A stretch of DNA of 64,000 nt from the human T2T-CHM13v2.0 reference genome, Homo sapiens. Position 1 is the first letter of the stretch; each line of letters starts with the position of its first letter. The stretch lies in NCBI RefSeq assembly GCF_009914755.1, contig NC_060926.1, one strand, 5' to 3'. The notes under the pieces were generated by a model. The model made no database searches and was not told the DNA's origin. It was given only the letters and a program-made list of their open reading frames with translations. A program made the position numbers and the translations under genes. Below, piece by piece: positions 14,501 to 25,767 of this stretch.

Positions 14501-16569
14501 GGTTATTTCTTTTCTTCTGCCAGCTGTAGGACTGATTTGCTCTTGGTTTTCTGGCTCCTCTAGGTATGGTGCTAGGTTGTTGAGAGCTTTCTAACTTTTT
14601 GATACAGGCAATTAGCACCAAAAAACTTCACTTTTAGCACCACTTTAGTTGTGTACGAGAGATTCTGGTAGGTTCTATCTTTCTTCTTATTAGTTTCAAA
14701 TAATGTTTTGATTTCAGCCTTAATTTTATTGTTTACTCAAAAGTAATGCAGAAACAGGTTGCTTACTTTCCATGTAATTTTATGTTTTTGAGAGATCTTC
14801 TAGTACAGATTTTTATTTTTACTGCACTGTGGTCCAAGCATGTATTTGGTATGATTTGTTTTTTTTTTTTAATTTTGTTAACAATTGCTTTATGTCTGAG
14901 TATGTGTTTGATTTATAATATTTGCCATCTGCAGGTCAGAAGAATGTATATTTTATCTTTCTTGTAGCTGTCTGTTAGGTTCTATAGCTGTAGCTGTCTG
15001 TTAGGTCCATTTGGTCAACTGTTAACTTTACATCCTGAATGTCTTTGTTATTATTCTTCCTTTTTGATTTGTCTAATACTGTCAGTGGGGTGTTGAAGTG
15101 TCCAACTATTATTGTGTAATTAGCTAAGCTTCTTCTTAAGTCTCTAAAATGCTTTTAATGAATCTTGGTGCTTCAATGTTGACTGCAAATATATTTAGGA
15201 TAGTTAAGTCTTCTTGTTGAATTTAACCTTTATCATTATATAATGTTCTTTTTTGTATTTTTGGATCATTGTTGGTTTAAAGTCTGTTTTGTCTTTAATA
15301 ACAATGGCATTCCCTTCTTTTTTTGTTTGTTTTTGTTTTCTGTGTGTTTGGTAGATTTTTCTCCATCCCTTTACTTTGAGCCTGTAGACATCATTGCATG
15401 TGAAATAGGTCTCTTGAAGACAGCACACAGTTGGATTTGCTTCTTTATCCAGCTTGCTACCTTGTGTCTTTTAATTAGGGGCAGTTAGCACCTTTATTTT
15501 CAAGGTTAATATTGATATGTGAAAATTTGATCCTGTCATTGTGTTGTTAGCTGATTATTATGTAGACCTGATTGTGTAGTTGCTTTGTAGTGTCAATGGT
15601 CTGTGTACTTAAGTGTGTTTTTGTGATGGCCGATAATGGCCTTTCATTTCCATGTTTAGCACTTCCTGAATCACCTTTTGTAAGGTAGGTCTATTGGTAA
15701 CAAATTCCCCTAGCATTTCCTGCACTGAAAAGAATTTTATTTATATTTTGCTTCTGAAGCTTAGCTTAGCTGGAAATGAAATTCATAGTTGGAATTTATT
15801 TTCTTTAAGAATGCTGAATGTAGATCCTCAATCTCTTCTGACTTGCAGGGTTTATGCTAAAAGGTCTTCTGTTAGCCTAATAAGGTTTGTAGATAACCTG
15901 CCCCTTCTCTCTAGCATCCTTTAATAGTTTTTCTTTTGTGTTGACCTTGGAGAATCTGATGACTATGTCTTGGGTCAAGTTCATGCTAGGGGGGCATGAA
16001 CCTTTCCAGCAGTTAGTTGGGGATCAGTCAGTGAATGAGCTATGGTAGTAGCAGCTGGAAAGCACCCTAACTGGGCATCTGAGGCTGAGCTGCAAGTGAG
16101 CACACCCAGCTAGGAACTAGGGAGAGGCATACAGACTGGGGTCACTCAGAACAGACTGGCACAATCTCACAGGCAAGAAAGCTCTGCTCTGTCCAAATTC
16201 ACACAGCCTGAGTTCTGTCTCTGCCACCTCTCTAAGCATCTTTCCCTGCCAGCTCAAATGTCCATGAGGATTGAGGGGTCTCTTGCAGCTAGAATTCTGG
16301 AGCTCTGTGGTAACAGTGGGCCATTCCTTGACTATTTAACTCAACCCTTCCCTAGGAGCCACTGGGGGCCGGGAATGAGTCCTGGTGCTTGGCAACCCTA
16401 TGCAGGGTTCCCAGCTTTTCTCCCCCTTCAGCCTAGGGTCTGCATCCTCCCTCTGTCTGCTCTCAATGCCTTCCCTCCAAAGATCTGCACAGAGTGTGCT
16501 GGTTTATTGAAGGTATTTTCTCACAGTGGTAGATGCTCTTCCTGGCTGTGTCTAGTTGGCCATCTTGGT
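11580..16569 (-). mobile_element. L1PA15/16-like LINE with both ends and internal deletions
   Basis: L1PA15/16-type 3'UTR at ~11590; ORF2 remnants (ORFs 13216-13410, 13412-13693, EN motif CCLQETYFT in 15204-15428); ORF1 3' end ~15640-15975; 5' terminus with YY1 site (ggccatcttgg 16558-16568); degenerate TSD aatttttctatttt / aatttttatatttt. Confidence 0.88.
12537..12790 (+). mobile_element. MER1B, 3'-truncated, nested in the L1
   Basis: ggtcctcaacttatttggcaccagggg...gagctcaggcagtaatgctcactcgcc; right terminal repeat absent. Confidence 0.88.
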
Positions 16570-16627
16570 CAATTTTTATATTTTAATTATTTATACAGAT
16601 ATCATTATTTCCCTTCTTTGTGTTTAT

Positions 16628-17065
16628 ATGTTACACTAGTTTTCTGTCACTGCTGTAACAAAATACTATAAATGTAGTGGCTTAAAGCCATTCACATTAA
16701 GTTCTGTAGGACAGAAATCAGAGTAAATTTCACTGGTTCCTCTTCTGTAGGTTTTACATGGCCAAAATTAATGTATTGGCTCACCTGGGTTATTATCTGG
16801 GGAGAAATTTCATCTAAGCTGTTCCATGTTGTTTGCAGAAATCAGTTTCTTGTGGCAGTGGGACTGTGGTCTTTATTTCCTTGCTGTCTGTCAGCAGGGA
16901 GCCTCTCTCAGCACTTAATGCCAGAGCTGCATTGCTGTTATATTGCCCTCTTCATCTTCAAACCAGCAATAGCATGTCAAGTCCTTCTGGTGCTCAAATC
17001 TCTCTGACTTCTTCTTCTGCCCCATTTCTTCTTCTTCCGGAAAGTTCTTTACATTTTGGGGCTCA
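16628..17065 (-). mobile_element. MaLR LTR (MLT1E/F/G-like)
   Basis: tgctgtaacaaaatactataaatgtagtggcttaaa, cagaaatcagtttcttgtggcagtgggactg. Confidence 0.75.
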
Positions 17066-17069
17066 GAAG

Positions 17070-17340
17070 AAAAAGACCACATGTTGTACAATTTCATCTG
17101 CATAAAACATTAGAAAAATAAAATGCATAGTTATAGAAAGCAGATAGGGAGTTGCCTGGGCCACAGGTGGGTATTAAGATTGATTGAACAGGGATATAAG
17201 AGAACATTCCAAGGTGATAGGAATCTTCTCTATCTTGTTTATGTTAGAGATTAAATTATGTGTGCATTTGACAAAATTATTGAACTGTACACAAAAATGG
17301 ATTTAATTTATAAAATGCATCTTGTATTTCAATAAAGTTT
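17070..17340 (+). mobile_element. Old L1M 3'UTR fragment
   Basis: agaaagcagatagggagttgcctggg...tgaactgtacac...tttcaataaagtt. Confidence 0.7.
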
Positions 17341-17889
17341 GTGTCAAAAATATAGTTCTCCATTGTTTAGATAAGCGATGTCAAGTTCAGTCATTTGTTT
17401 AAGGAGGTTTGTAAGAATATATTAGAGAAGAAAGGTAGCTGATTACTATGCTTTAACTTTGTCTCATCTCTCTGCTGAGTCCCAGGAGAGAGAAAAGACA
17501 CAAGAAAATCATTCTGAAAATTTGGAGTTCTGAGAGAAACAAATACCTGTACTAGGTTATGCATTTCCTATGCCTTTCTGTCTGAAATTTGTCTTTTGAA
17601 TGATGCACTTAGAAGAGCTTTTGCTCAGTTGTAGTGGCTTTTATGGCAAGAAATGCATAGCATTTTAAGATAAGAATAGCCTCTGAGAGGGTGAATTTCA
17701 ACTCTTCATATGTGTTCTGCAAAACGTTTTACTTTTGTTATAACTATAATATTCATGGGTTTCATGGTCAATGACAAATTTTGCCCCAATAGTTACCATG
17801 TTATATTTTCTGAATTAATTCTTTCAGAAGATTTCCTTTGATCTGATGCTTACACTCTGTAGACACTAAATAGTTTTAAAACTTCTAAA

Positions 17890-19002
17890 ATGGTAGTAAA
17901 ACATATATAACATAAAATTTAACATTTTAACAATTTTCAAGTGTCAGTTTCAGTGACATTAAGTAAATTCACACTGTAGTGCAACCATCACCACTACCCA
18001 TCTCCAGAACGTTTTTATCTTCCCAAACTGAAGTTTCATACACATTAAACAATAACTTGCCAAGCCAGCTTCCCCCAGCTTCTGGCCATCATCGTTCTAC
18101 TTTATGTCTTCATGAATCTGTCTATTCTAGGCAGCTCAAATAAATGGAATCCTGCAACATTTTTTTCCTTTGTTACTCGTTTATTTTACTTCATGTGATA
18201 TCTTCAAACTTCATCCATATTGAGGCATGTGTTAGAACTGTCTTCCTTTTTCAGGCTGAATAATATTTCATTGTCTGTACATACCACATTTCATTTATTT
18301 ATTCATCCACTGATGGACTCTAGGATTGCTTCTCCGTTTTGGTTACTGTGAATAATGCTTCTATGATCATTGGTATACAAATCTCTGGCCCACCCCTGCT
18401 TTCAATTCTTTTGGGTTTATGTTCAGATATGGTATTGCTAGATCACATGGTAATTTTATGTTTAATTTTTTGGTGAACAACCATTCCATTTTCCACAGTG
18501 GCTGCCCCATTTTAGATTCCCACCAGCAATGCACAAGGGTTCCAACTTACTTACATCTTTGCCAACACTTGTTATTTTATCTTGTTTTTGTGTGTATGTG
18601 TGTGTTTTTAAAAATCTATCTTAGCCATTCTCATGGACTTGATTTGCATATCCCTAAGGCAAATCCCTACTGATGGTAAGCACATTTTCATGTACTGGTT
18701 GCTCATTTGTCTATCTTCTTCTTTGGAGAAATGTCTATCCATCCTTTAGGCCAGTTTTAAATCAGTTTTTTTTTTTGTTACTACTGAGTTGTAAGAGTTT
18801 TAAAATATATTGTGGATATTAATCCCTTATCACATATATCATTTGCAAATATTTTATTATACTATGTGGGTTGCTTTTTTACTCTGTTGCTTATGAGCTA
18901 ATGCACAAATGTTTTAAATTTTGAGACATTAGATTTTGATGGTCTAATTTTTTCAATTTTAACATTTTTTACATATGATTTTAGTGTTATATCCAAGAAA
19001 TT
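17890..19002 (-). mobile_element. L1MB-type 3' end
   Basis: aacataaaatttaacattttaacaattttcaagtgt...gtgcaaccatcaccactacccatctccagaac; reverse ORF2 C-terminal sequence up to atccaagaaa. Confidence 0.85.
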
Positions 19003-19091
19003 TTAAACAATTTTAATTGAACTGAATATATGTATTCATATGTTCATATAAAAACTAAAATTTTTATATGTATATTCAGTTCAATTAAAAA

Positions 19092-20368
19092 TTATATATT
19101 TATTATATATACATATATTGTAAAAATTATAATATATAAATATGTATTCATATTATATATTTATATATAAATAATATACATTCATATTATATATTTATAT
19201 ATAAATAATATATATTCATATTATATATTTATATATAAATATATAATATATTTATGTATAAATAATATATATATTCATATTATATATTTCTATATAAATA
19301 ATATATATATTCATATTATATATTTATATATAAATATATAATATATTTATATATAAATATATAATATATTTATATATAATATATATATTCATATTATATA
19401 TTTATATATAAATATATAATATATTTATATATAAATAATATATATATTCATATTATATATTTATATATAAATAATATATATTCATATTATATATTTATAT
19501 ATAAATAATATATATTCATATTATATACTTATATATAAATAATATATATTCATATTATATACTTATATATAAATAATATATATTCATATTATATATTTAT
19601 ATAAAAATAATATATATTCATATTATATATTTATATATAATATATATATTCATATTATATATTTATATATTCTATATATTCATATTATATATTTATATAT
19701 AAATAATGTATATTCATATTATATATTTATATATAAATAATGTATATTCATATTATATATTTATATATAAATATATATTCATATTATATATTTATATATA
19801 AATATATATTCATATTATATATTTATATATAAATATATATTCATATTATATATTTATATAAAATATATATATTCATATTATATTTATATATAAATATATA
19901 TATTCATATATATATTTATATATAATATATATATTCATATTATATATTTATATATAATATATATATTCATATTATATATTTATATATAAATAATATATAT
20001 ATTCATATTATATATTTATATATAAATAATGTATATTCATATTATATATTTATATATAAATAATGTATATTCATATTATATATTTATATATAAATATATA
20101 TATTCATATTATATATTTGTATATAAATATATATTCATATTATATATTTGTATATATATTCATATATATTTATATATAAATATATAATATTCATATTATA
20201 TATAAATATATATATTCATATTATATATTTATATATATAAATAATATATATTCATATTATTTATATATATAAATAATATATATTCATATTATTTATATAT
20301 ATAAATAATATATATTCATATTATTTATATATATGAATAATATATATTCATATTATATATTTATATAC
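19092..20368. repeat. AT-rich minisatellite, ~31-36 bp unit (e.g. tatatattcatattatatatttatatataaataa, 34 bp)
   Basis: Roughly 35-40 variant units by eye. Most contain the 16-bp palindrome tatttatatataaata; a perfect 32-bp palindrome lies at 19218-19249. Confidence 0.97.
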
Positions 20369-21489
20369 ATAAAGGAATGTGAAGCTATTTATTGACTACT
20401 GTACACCAGTATTTAAAATAAAGAATATACAGCTGGATAACATCCTGATTATTACAAAAGTATTGTTTTCCTTGATTTTCTTGGCTTCTGCTAAACCAGT
20501 AACCCAAATACTGAAAAAAATGAGCCTACATGTAAGGAATGAGTTGGGTAAAGGAAAACACATGCAGGTCAATTGTTTACATTATACACGTCTCTTTACC
20601 CATTTATGCCAGCAGGTCCTAACTGCCTTTTCTAAACTTATCTGATTAGTTTTCCATGAGCCAAGACTGAGACATTCCACAAATCATGATGTTTTAATCA
20701 ATACAGCACAAGGATTACAGCTTTTTCTAAAGGAAAGGCTTATTAGAGGAATCTTTAAATATGTCTATTTGACTAACACTTGCTTAGCCAATTAAAACAG
20801 CAAGATTTGTCTAGTTTCCTTGTCTAAGTGAGGAGGTTGTTGGTAGTAATAAAAAATCTTCCGTTTAGAAATTTGGAAAACAAAGAATCACATTTATATG
20901 AATATAGGTAGAAATGTGTGTTCTGATGTGGATGCTTTTAAATTATCCAGTTAATTATAGAATCATCTATGTAATTTGAAATATTACGACTTCAGGAAAA
21001 ATTTCAATTTAACTTGAAGTGATTTATTTCTTAGGTTGCACAGAATTATGGCATCCCAGGACCATGGGCATACCCATGGTTTTTGTTTTGATGAAAGTTT
21101 AAAAATAAACCAAGAAAGAAAACCATTTACATTTGTATTTTAAGCATAAACACACAAAACATAAAACTCAGAATGGTTCTTAGGCATACGAATTAAACAC
21201 AAGTACTGATTGTATAATGACTAAGGAAGTTTCCCTCAACATTAACAACGCTGTTCTCTAGTGCAGAGGACAAAATATGCCATGGTATCAAATGTTCTTT
21301 TCTGATAAAGAAAGCAACTACAGAAAGTTTCGTTTATTTGTTGAAATTAACCAATGTGATTGATGCAAAAAAAAAAAAATCTCCTGGCAAATCTCCCAAT
21401 ACTACTTTGAAAACAAACATATCAAACTTGGTTTTCATTAGAATGTAGAGATTTCTTCACATTAGTAAATTAAAAAAACCAAGATCCAG

Positions 21490-21550
<61 letters not shown>

Positions 21551-22180
21551 TACATATGTAAAATGCAATGCAAACAATTGTTGAGCTTCATCTTCTCGTC
21601 AAGAATGTCAAGGCAATCGCTCTTCATAAGAAGCAATTACAATTTGATGACTCCTCATGTTTGTCTCTTTTGCCTGCAGCAAGTCTGCCTTATCTGAATA
21701 TTCCCATTCCAGGAGAAATATCCATTCACCACTTCTCTCTGTGGCAATTTTTCTTTCTGGATCATGACCTCTGGCGAAGCCTCTTGGTTTGTCAGCAGCA
21801 TCTCTTTTCTTTGACTTGCTATCATCAGATTCACTGTCAGATAAACATTTCCTTTTTGTATCATCTTTTTCTTTGCCAGCTTTTTGAGAGTTAAGAAATG
21901 TTTCAATTAACTCTTGACATTCTAAGTAGTCTTCTGGTTCCCAAGTACTGTCAGCATTTGTAAATCCCTTCCACTCTGGGAAATACTCCAGCTTCCTATT
22001 TGCTACTTCCACCACAAATTCTTCAGTCTCTGCCTCTTTGACTTTTCTACATTTCCCATTCTGTTACTTTCCCATTTTTTTTGCAATGTAGTTTTATTGG
22101 AGGTCATTTTTTATTGCAGGCTTGAAGAGCTATTCACTGCCTCTGAGCTGCTCCAGTTTCTGGCCCTGCACGCCTCACAT
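20369..22180 (-). pseudogene. CBX3: Processed pseudogene of CBX3 (HP1-gamma) with 5'UTR, CDS 22107-21578 and long 3'UTR
   Basis: Intronless translation matches HP1-gamma (MTSNKTTLQK...[14 protein letters not shown]...[25 protein letters not shown]...YEERL...EDEAQ). Lesions: +2 A-run frameshift near 22075, early TAA, loss of KVLDRR in the chromodomain, TGA near the C-terminus, native stop changed to CAA. AATAAA on - strand at 20388-20393. The symbol names the parent gene; the CBX3P number is not determined. Confidence 0.96.
21492..21547. repeat. Uninterrupted (TA)28 microsatellite in the pseudogene 3'UTR
   Basis: Direct read. Confidence 0.97.
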
Positions 22181-25100
22181 ACATATGTTCTTATACAGCA
22201 CTGTGGAAAACATTTGAATTTCACTTGGCATGAATGTAAAACTTAGGAGTTAAGTCTCTCCGAATTATTTTCTAGACAGTCCAGGCAAAATAAACTGTTT
22301 TGTCTGATTTTAAATCAATCCTGAACTGAAACACTGGCATTAAAATTAGTAATGCCTGGCTAGGACATAATTATCAAGATATGTAGTCCAGAATTCATGA
22401 TTAAGGTGTGTGTGTCTAAGTCATTATGAAAATATTGAGACAAAATTAAGTATATTCATAAATAATTGAAAACCCTTAGGCATATGTTCACTCATGTCAT
22501 TCATGTTTAAATATCTTATTCCAGTTGACTAATGATAAGTAAAGGAATCCCTTATAGCAAAATATGTTGACATACCTGAACACTGATGGAGTCATCAATG
22601 TCTGTTTAATGAAAGGCTTTGAATGTACTCACTATAGTCCCTTCCAGAGGAGACTCTTCTGTGTTTAGAGAATGAAAGCTGTGCCATCAACATGTCCCTT
22701 ACCTTTCAAACATGCTGGGAAATAGCAATGGTGGCTTAACATATTGAAAAGTATGAATCTATCAATGTATATGTAGAGTCACTTATTCCACTAAATCACT
22801 CTTTATCTTTATCCTCATAATGTCTTTAATTTCCTTTAAAACCTATTAAATATTATTGCATCAGAATTTACAACAATTACATATTTTAGGCATATAGTTT
22901 ATTATGTGATACGCTACATATTTATACAACATTTAAAGAAATGCATGCAACCACTTCAGGTTTTACAGAAACATGATTTTATGGTGCTGAATTTAAATGT
23001 AAATACAGAACTTAATGCAGGATGCTTTAAAAATAGAATTGTAGCCTTTACTTTTAGTCCATTTATAAGCAATGTTCTTTTATAGGTATATTATTTTGGC
23101 ATCACCAAAATTATGTGTTTTGGTATAAGCATAACTCATATTTATGATACACATGTTCTACCCAATATAATAGGTAATATAATTCTAAATATGATAATTT
23201 AAAATATTGGATACATAGCCTACAAATGACCAGTGAACAGTGATTGTCATTCTCTTCTAAGTTTGTATTTTTCTCTCAGTTGATGATTCAAGTATCTCAT
23301 TATCACCCATCTGTTAAATTAACTTTACTTATAATTAATGTCATCTCCAATGAAAACCTCCTACACTTAAATAGAACAATGTATTAAAAACCACAAGTTT
23401 TTTTTAATAAATGAAAACTACTTCAAGTTAAAATTTGAAGCAATATGCAGAACATCATTTCCTGTTAGTAGGTTGCATACAAATTAAAAAAAAAATGAAT
23501 CAGAATGGCTTGAATCCTCACCATGCTAAACAGAAGACATGAATGAGGGTGCGATAACTCTATAACCTCTGTGTTAATGCTGACTTTCAGCTCAAATTTC
23601 TGTCTGGAGAAACCCAAAATTCTGTGATGATGTTAATGTTAGGGATAGAAATCCCAAAACAAGCTGCTTAGATTATTTCAAAGTTTTACACAAGACAATG
23701 GGAATGTGACTTTCCAGATCTTGGGTTTCTTGTTTGTTGGATTTACTTTCTAGAAATGAGTTCCAGTTTAGCAGTCAAGAAAATGTGGTTATGTAACCAC
23801 ATGCTTTATAACTGAATATTGACTTTCCTTCCCTACCAACTACCCTGCCACCCAAGGAAAGTGATGTTAATAAGCAGAATAACAATAATAATGATTTATT
23901 TCATCAAGCACTTGTTGTGTAACAGGCATGATCCTATCTCATTTCAACCTGAGAAAACTGTGTTCGAATAAAGAAAGAACAACTGTTAGAACCACATTTA
24001 CATTTAGAATTTAAATAAACTTTCTTTTGTTAGCCTGTCATAAAACATAATATCAGCCAATAGTATAGAAGAGTTTATGGTTAAAAATTTGCCTTTACCA
24101 CCCTTTCCAACTCTAATATTTCTATCCCGAGGGAACATTCTAACATTCTTTCTGTTTCCGTTTTTCCTGGTGATTTCCTCCATCATTATAGATAATATTT
24201 TACCACATTTTCTTTATTTATCAACTTCAGGCAGTACTTACTGGCTGTATCTTAAAAAACTAAAAGTTTAGCTCATTTTATATCTCCTACTTTCTTGTCC
24301 ACTAATTTTCTCAATGCTTGATTATTATGGTTTTATTGATATTGATTCTTAAGTAACTTTAAATATTATAATCCAATTTTTTATTGTTTTAGCCACTTTA
24401 AAAAATATTTGTTGACTCTTTGTTTGTAAATATAAGAATAATAGTGCCTCTAAAATTATTTCTCTTTTCTTCCCCCTTTCCATATGCTATTCCTATTTAT
24501 TTTAATTTTACATTGTCAAGGTAATTAATATTATATTACATCCTCAATCATAACTAAGTCTTTCTTACTTTGTATCTTGACTCTGAAATTTTAGAATAGT
24601 TTTATTATCATTTTGTTAGATAAACATTGTTTATCACTGGCATGCTAGGGTTCAATTTCATTCTGTCTAACCTCACTGTCCCTCAGTAGACACAGTTCAA
24701 TTTACTGTATCCCTCATCCCTCATTTCAAACTCCATACACCTGATGATTACAACCTAGATTCTGTCCTTAGTTCTCATAAACAGTTACACTCCCTTATTT
24801 CTTTAGTATCCATGCAGCAGTCTCCTGTGTATGACTTCTATAAGTTAAAAAAATCTTGTCCTGTAATAACCACTCCTTTCAATTTTCTTTCCTGTTACAG
24901 TTTTATTCCTTTTGTGTAACTTCACTTTCATTTCAGGAGCATTTCTGATCCAAATGAAAGCAATATTTTTGCACAGGCTGTCATCTTCAAATGGAATTCA
25001 TGAAAATCGGTAACTCTGCTTAGCTGTCTCCATGGTTCAGGGTTCCTCTCTCTAAATAAATATGGCAGTGATGGATTTGATATCTTAATTCTTTTTCAAC

Positions 25101-25555
25101 CATGTCTACTTGACACGGGATCTTTTCCAAGGTCGCTCTTCCAGGAAAGATCAGTGGGATCAGGCCTCAAGGAATCATGGAAATAGGTCAGGTATTACTA
25201 TGAAAAGTTCCCCTGTGATGGTGAATCAATAATCCTTCCACCTACTACTTTTTACCTGCTTACCACTGGTGCATTTATCCCAAAGTAAGGGGCTGATTCT
25301 CAGTATAATCTTCACACTTAAGAACAGTGTAAACACTGTTGGGTTTTCTATTACGGTCAGTTAGCATAATACTTAACTAGTTTAGGGAGACTAAGATTAA
25401 AAAATCCATACTATTTTGATATTCAGGCATAACAGACCCATAAAGAATCTTAACTGTTACATTTTTATTGATAAAAAGACATAAAATAAGATCATTTAGT
25501 AAGTTCCCAGAAGAAAAATCCTAACTAGTATCTATGATTGCTGCTTCTCCCATAG

Positions 25556-25767
25556 GCAGGCATGGTGTCACCCATACAGAGTACTGGAATCTGTGGAACA
25601 GTGGTGTGTTGGGGGAAAGGAGGCAAAAGGAAGAGTAGAAACATCAGAGCAGGACAGGTGACCTCTTTTGTTTTGGGAGGTCATAAAAGGAAAAGGAAAC
25701 TAAAAATAAAACAAAACAAAATTCTAAGCAGGCCGCCTTCAGGAATTTCAAGGATCCACTTTGAAAG
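25556..25767 (+). other. Candidate exon with Kozak ATG and frame open to the donor
   Basis: Branch-like cctaac (25520-25525), ctgcttctcccatag acceptor, ggcATGg at 25562, donor AAG|gtgaga. No homology recognised. Confidence 0.25.

Noticed and set aside
19092-20368. Regularly spaced ~34-bp repeats as a CRISPR-like array
   Set aside because: Tandem units without unique spacers, no cas genes, and primate DNA.
21608-22015. 135-aa HP1-like ORF as a functional retrogene
   Set aside because: Starts at GTG, lacks chromodomain residues KVLDRR, has an upstream frameshift and stop, a premature C-terminal stop and many radical substitutions.
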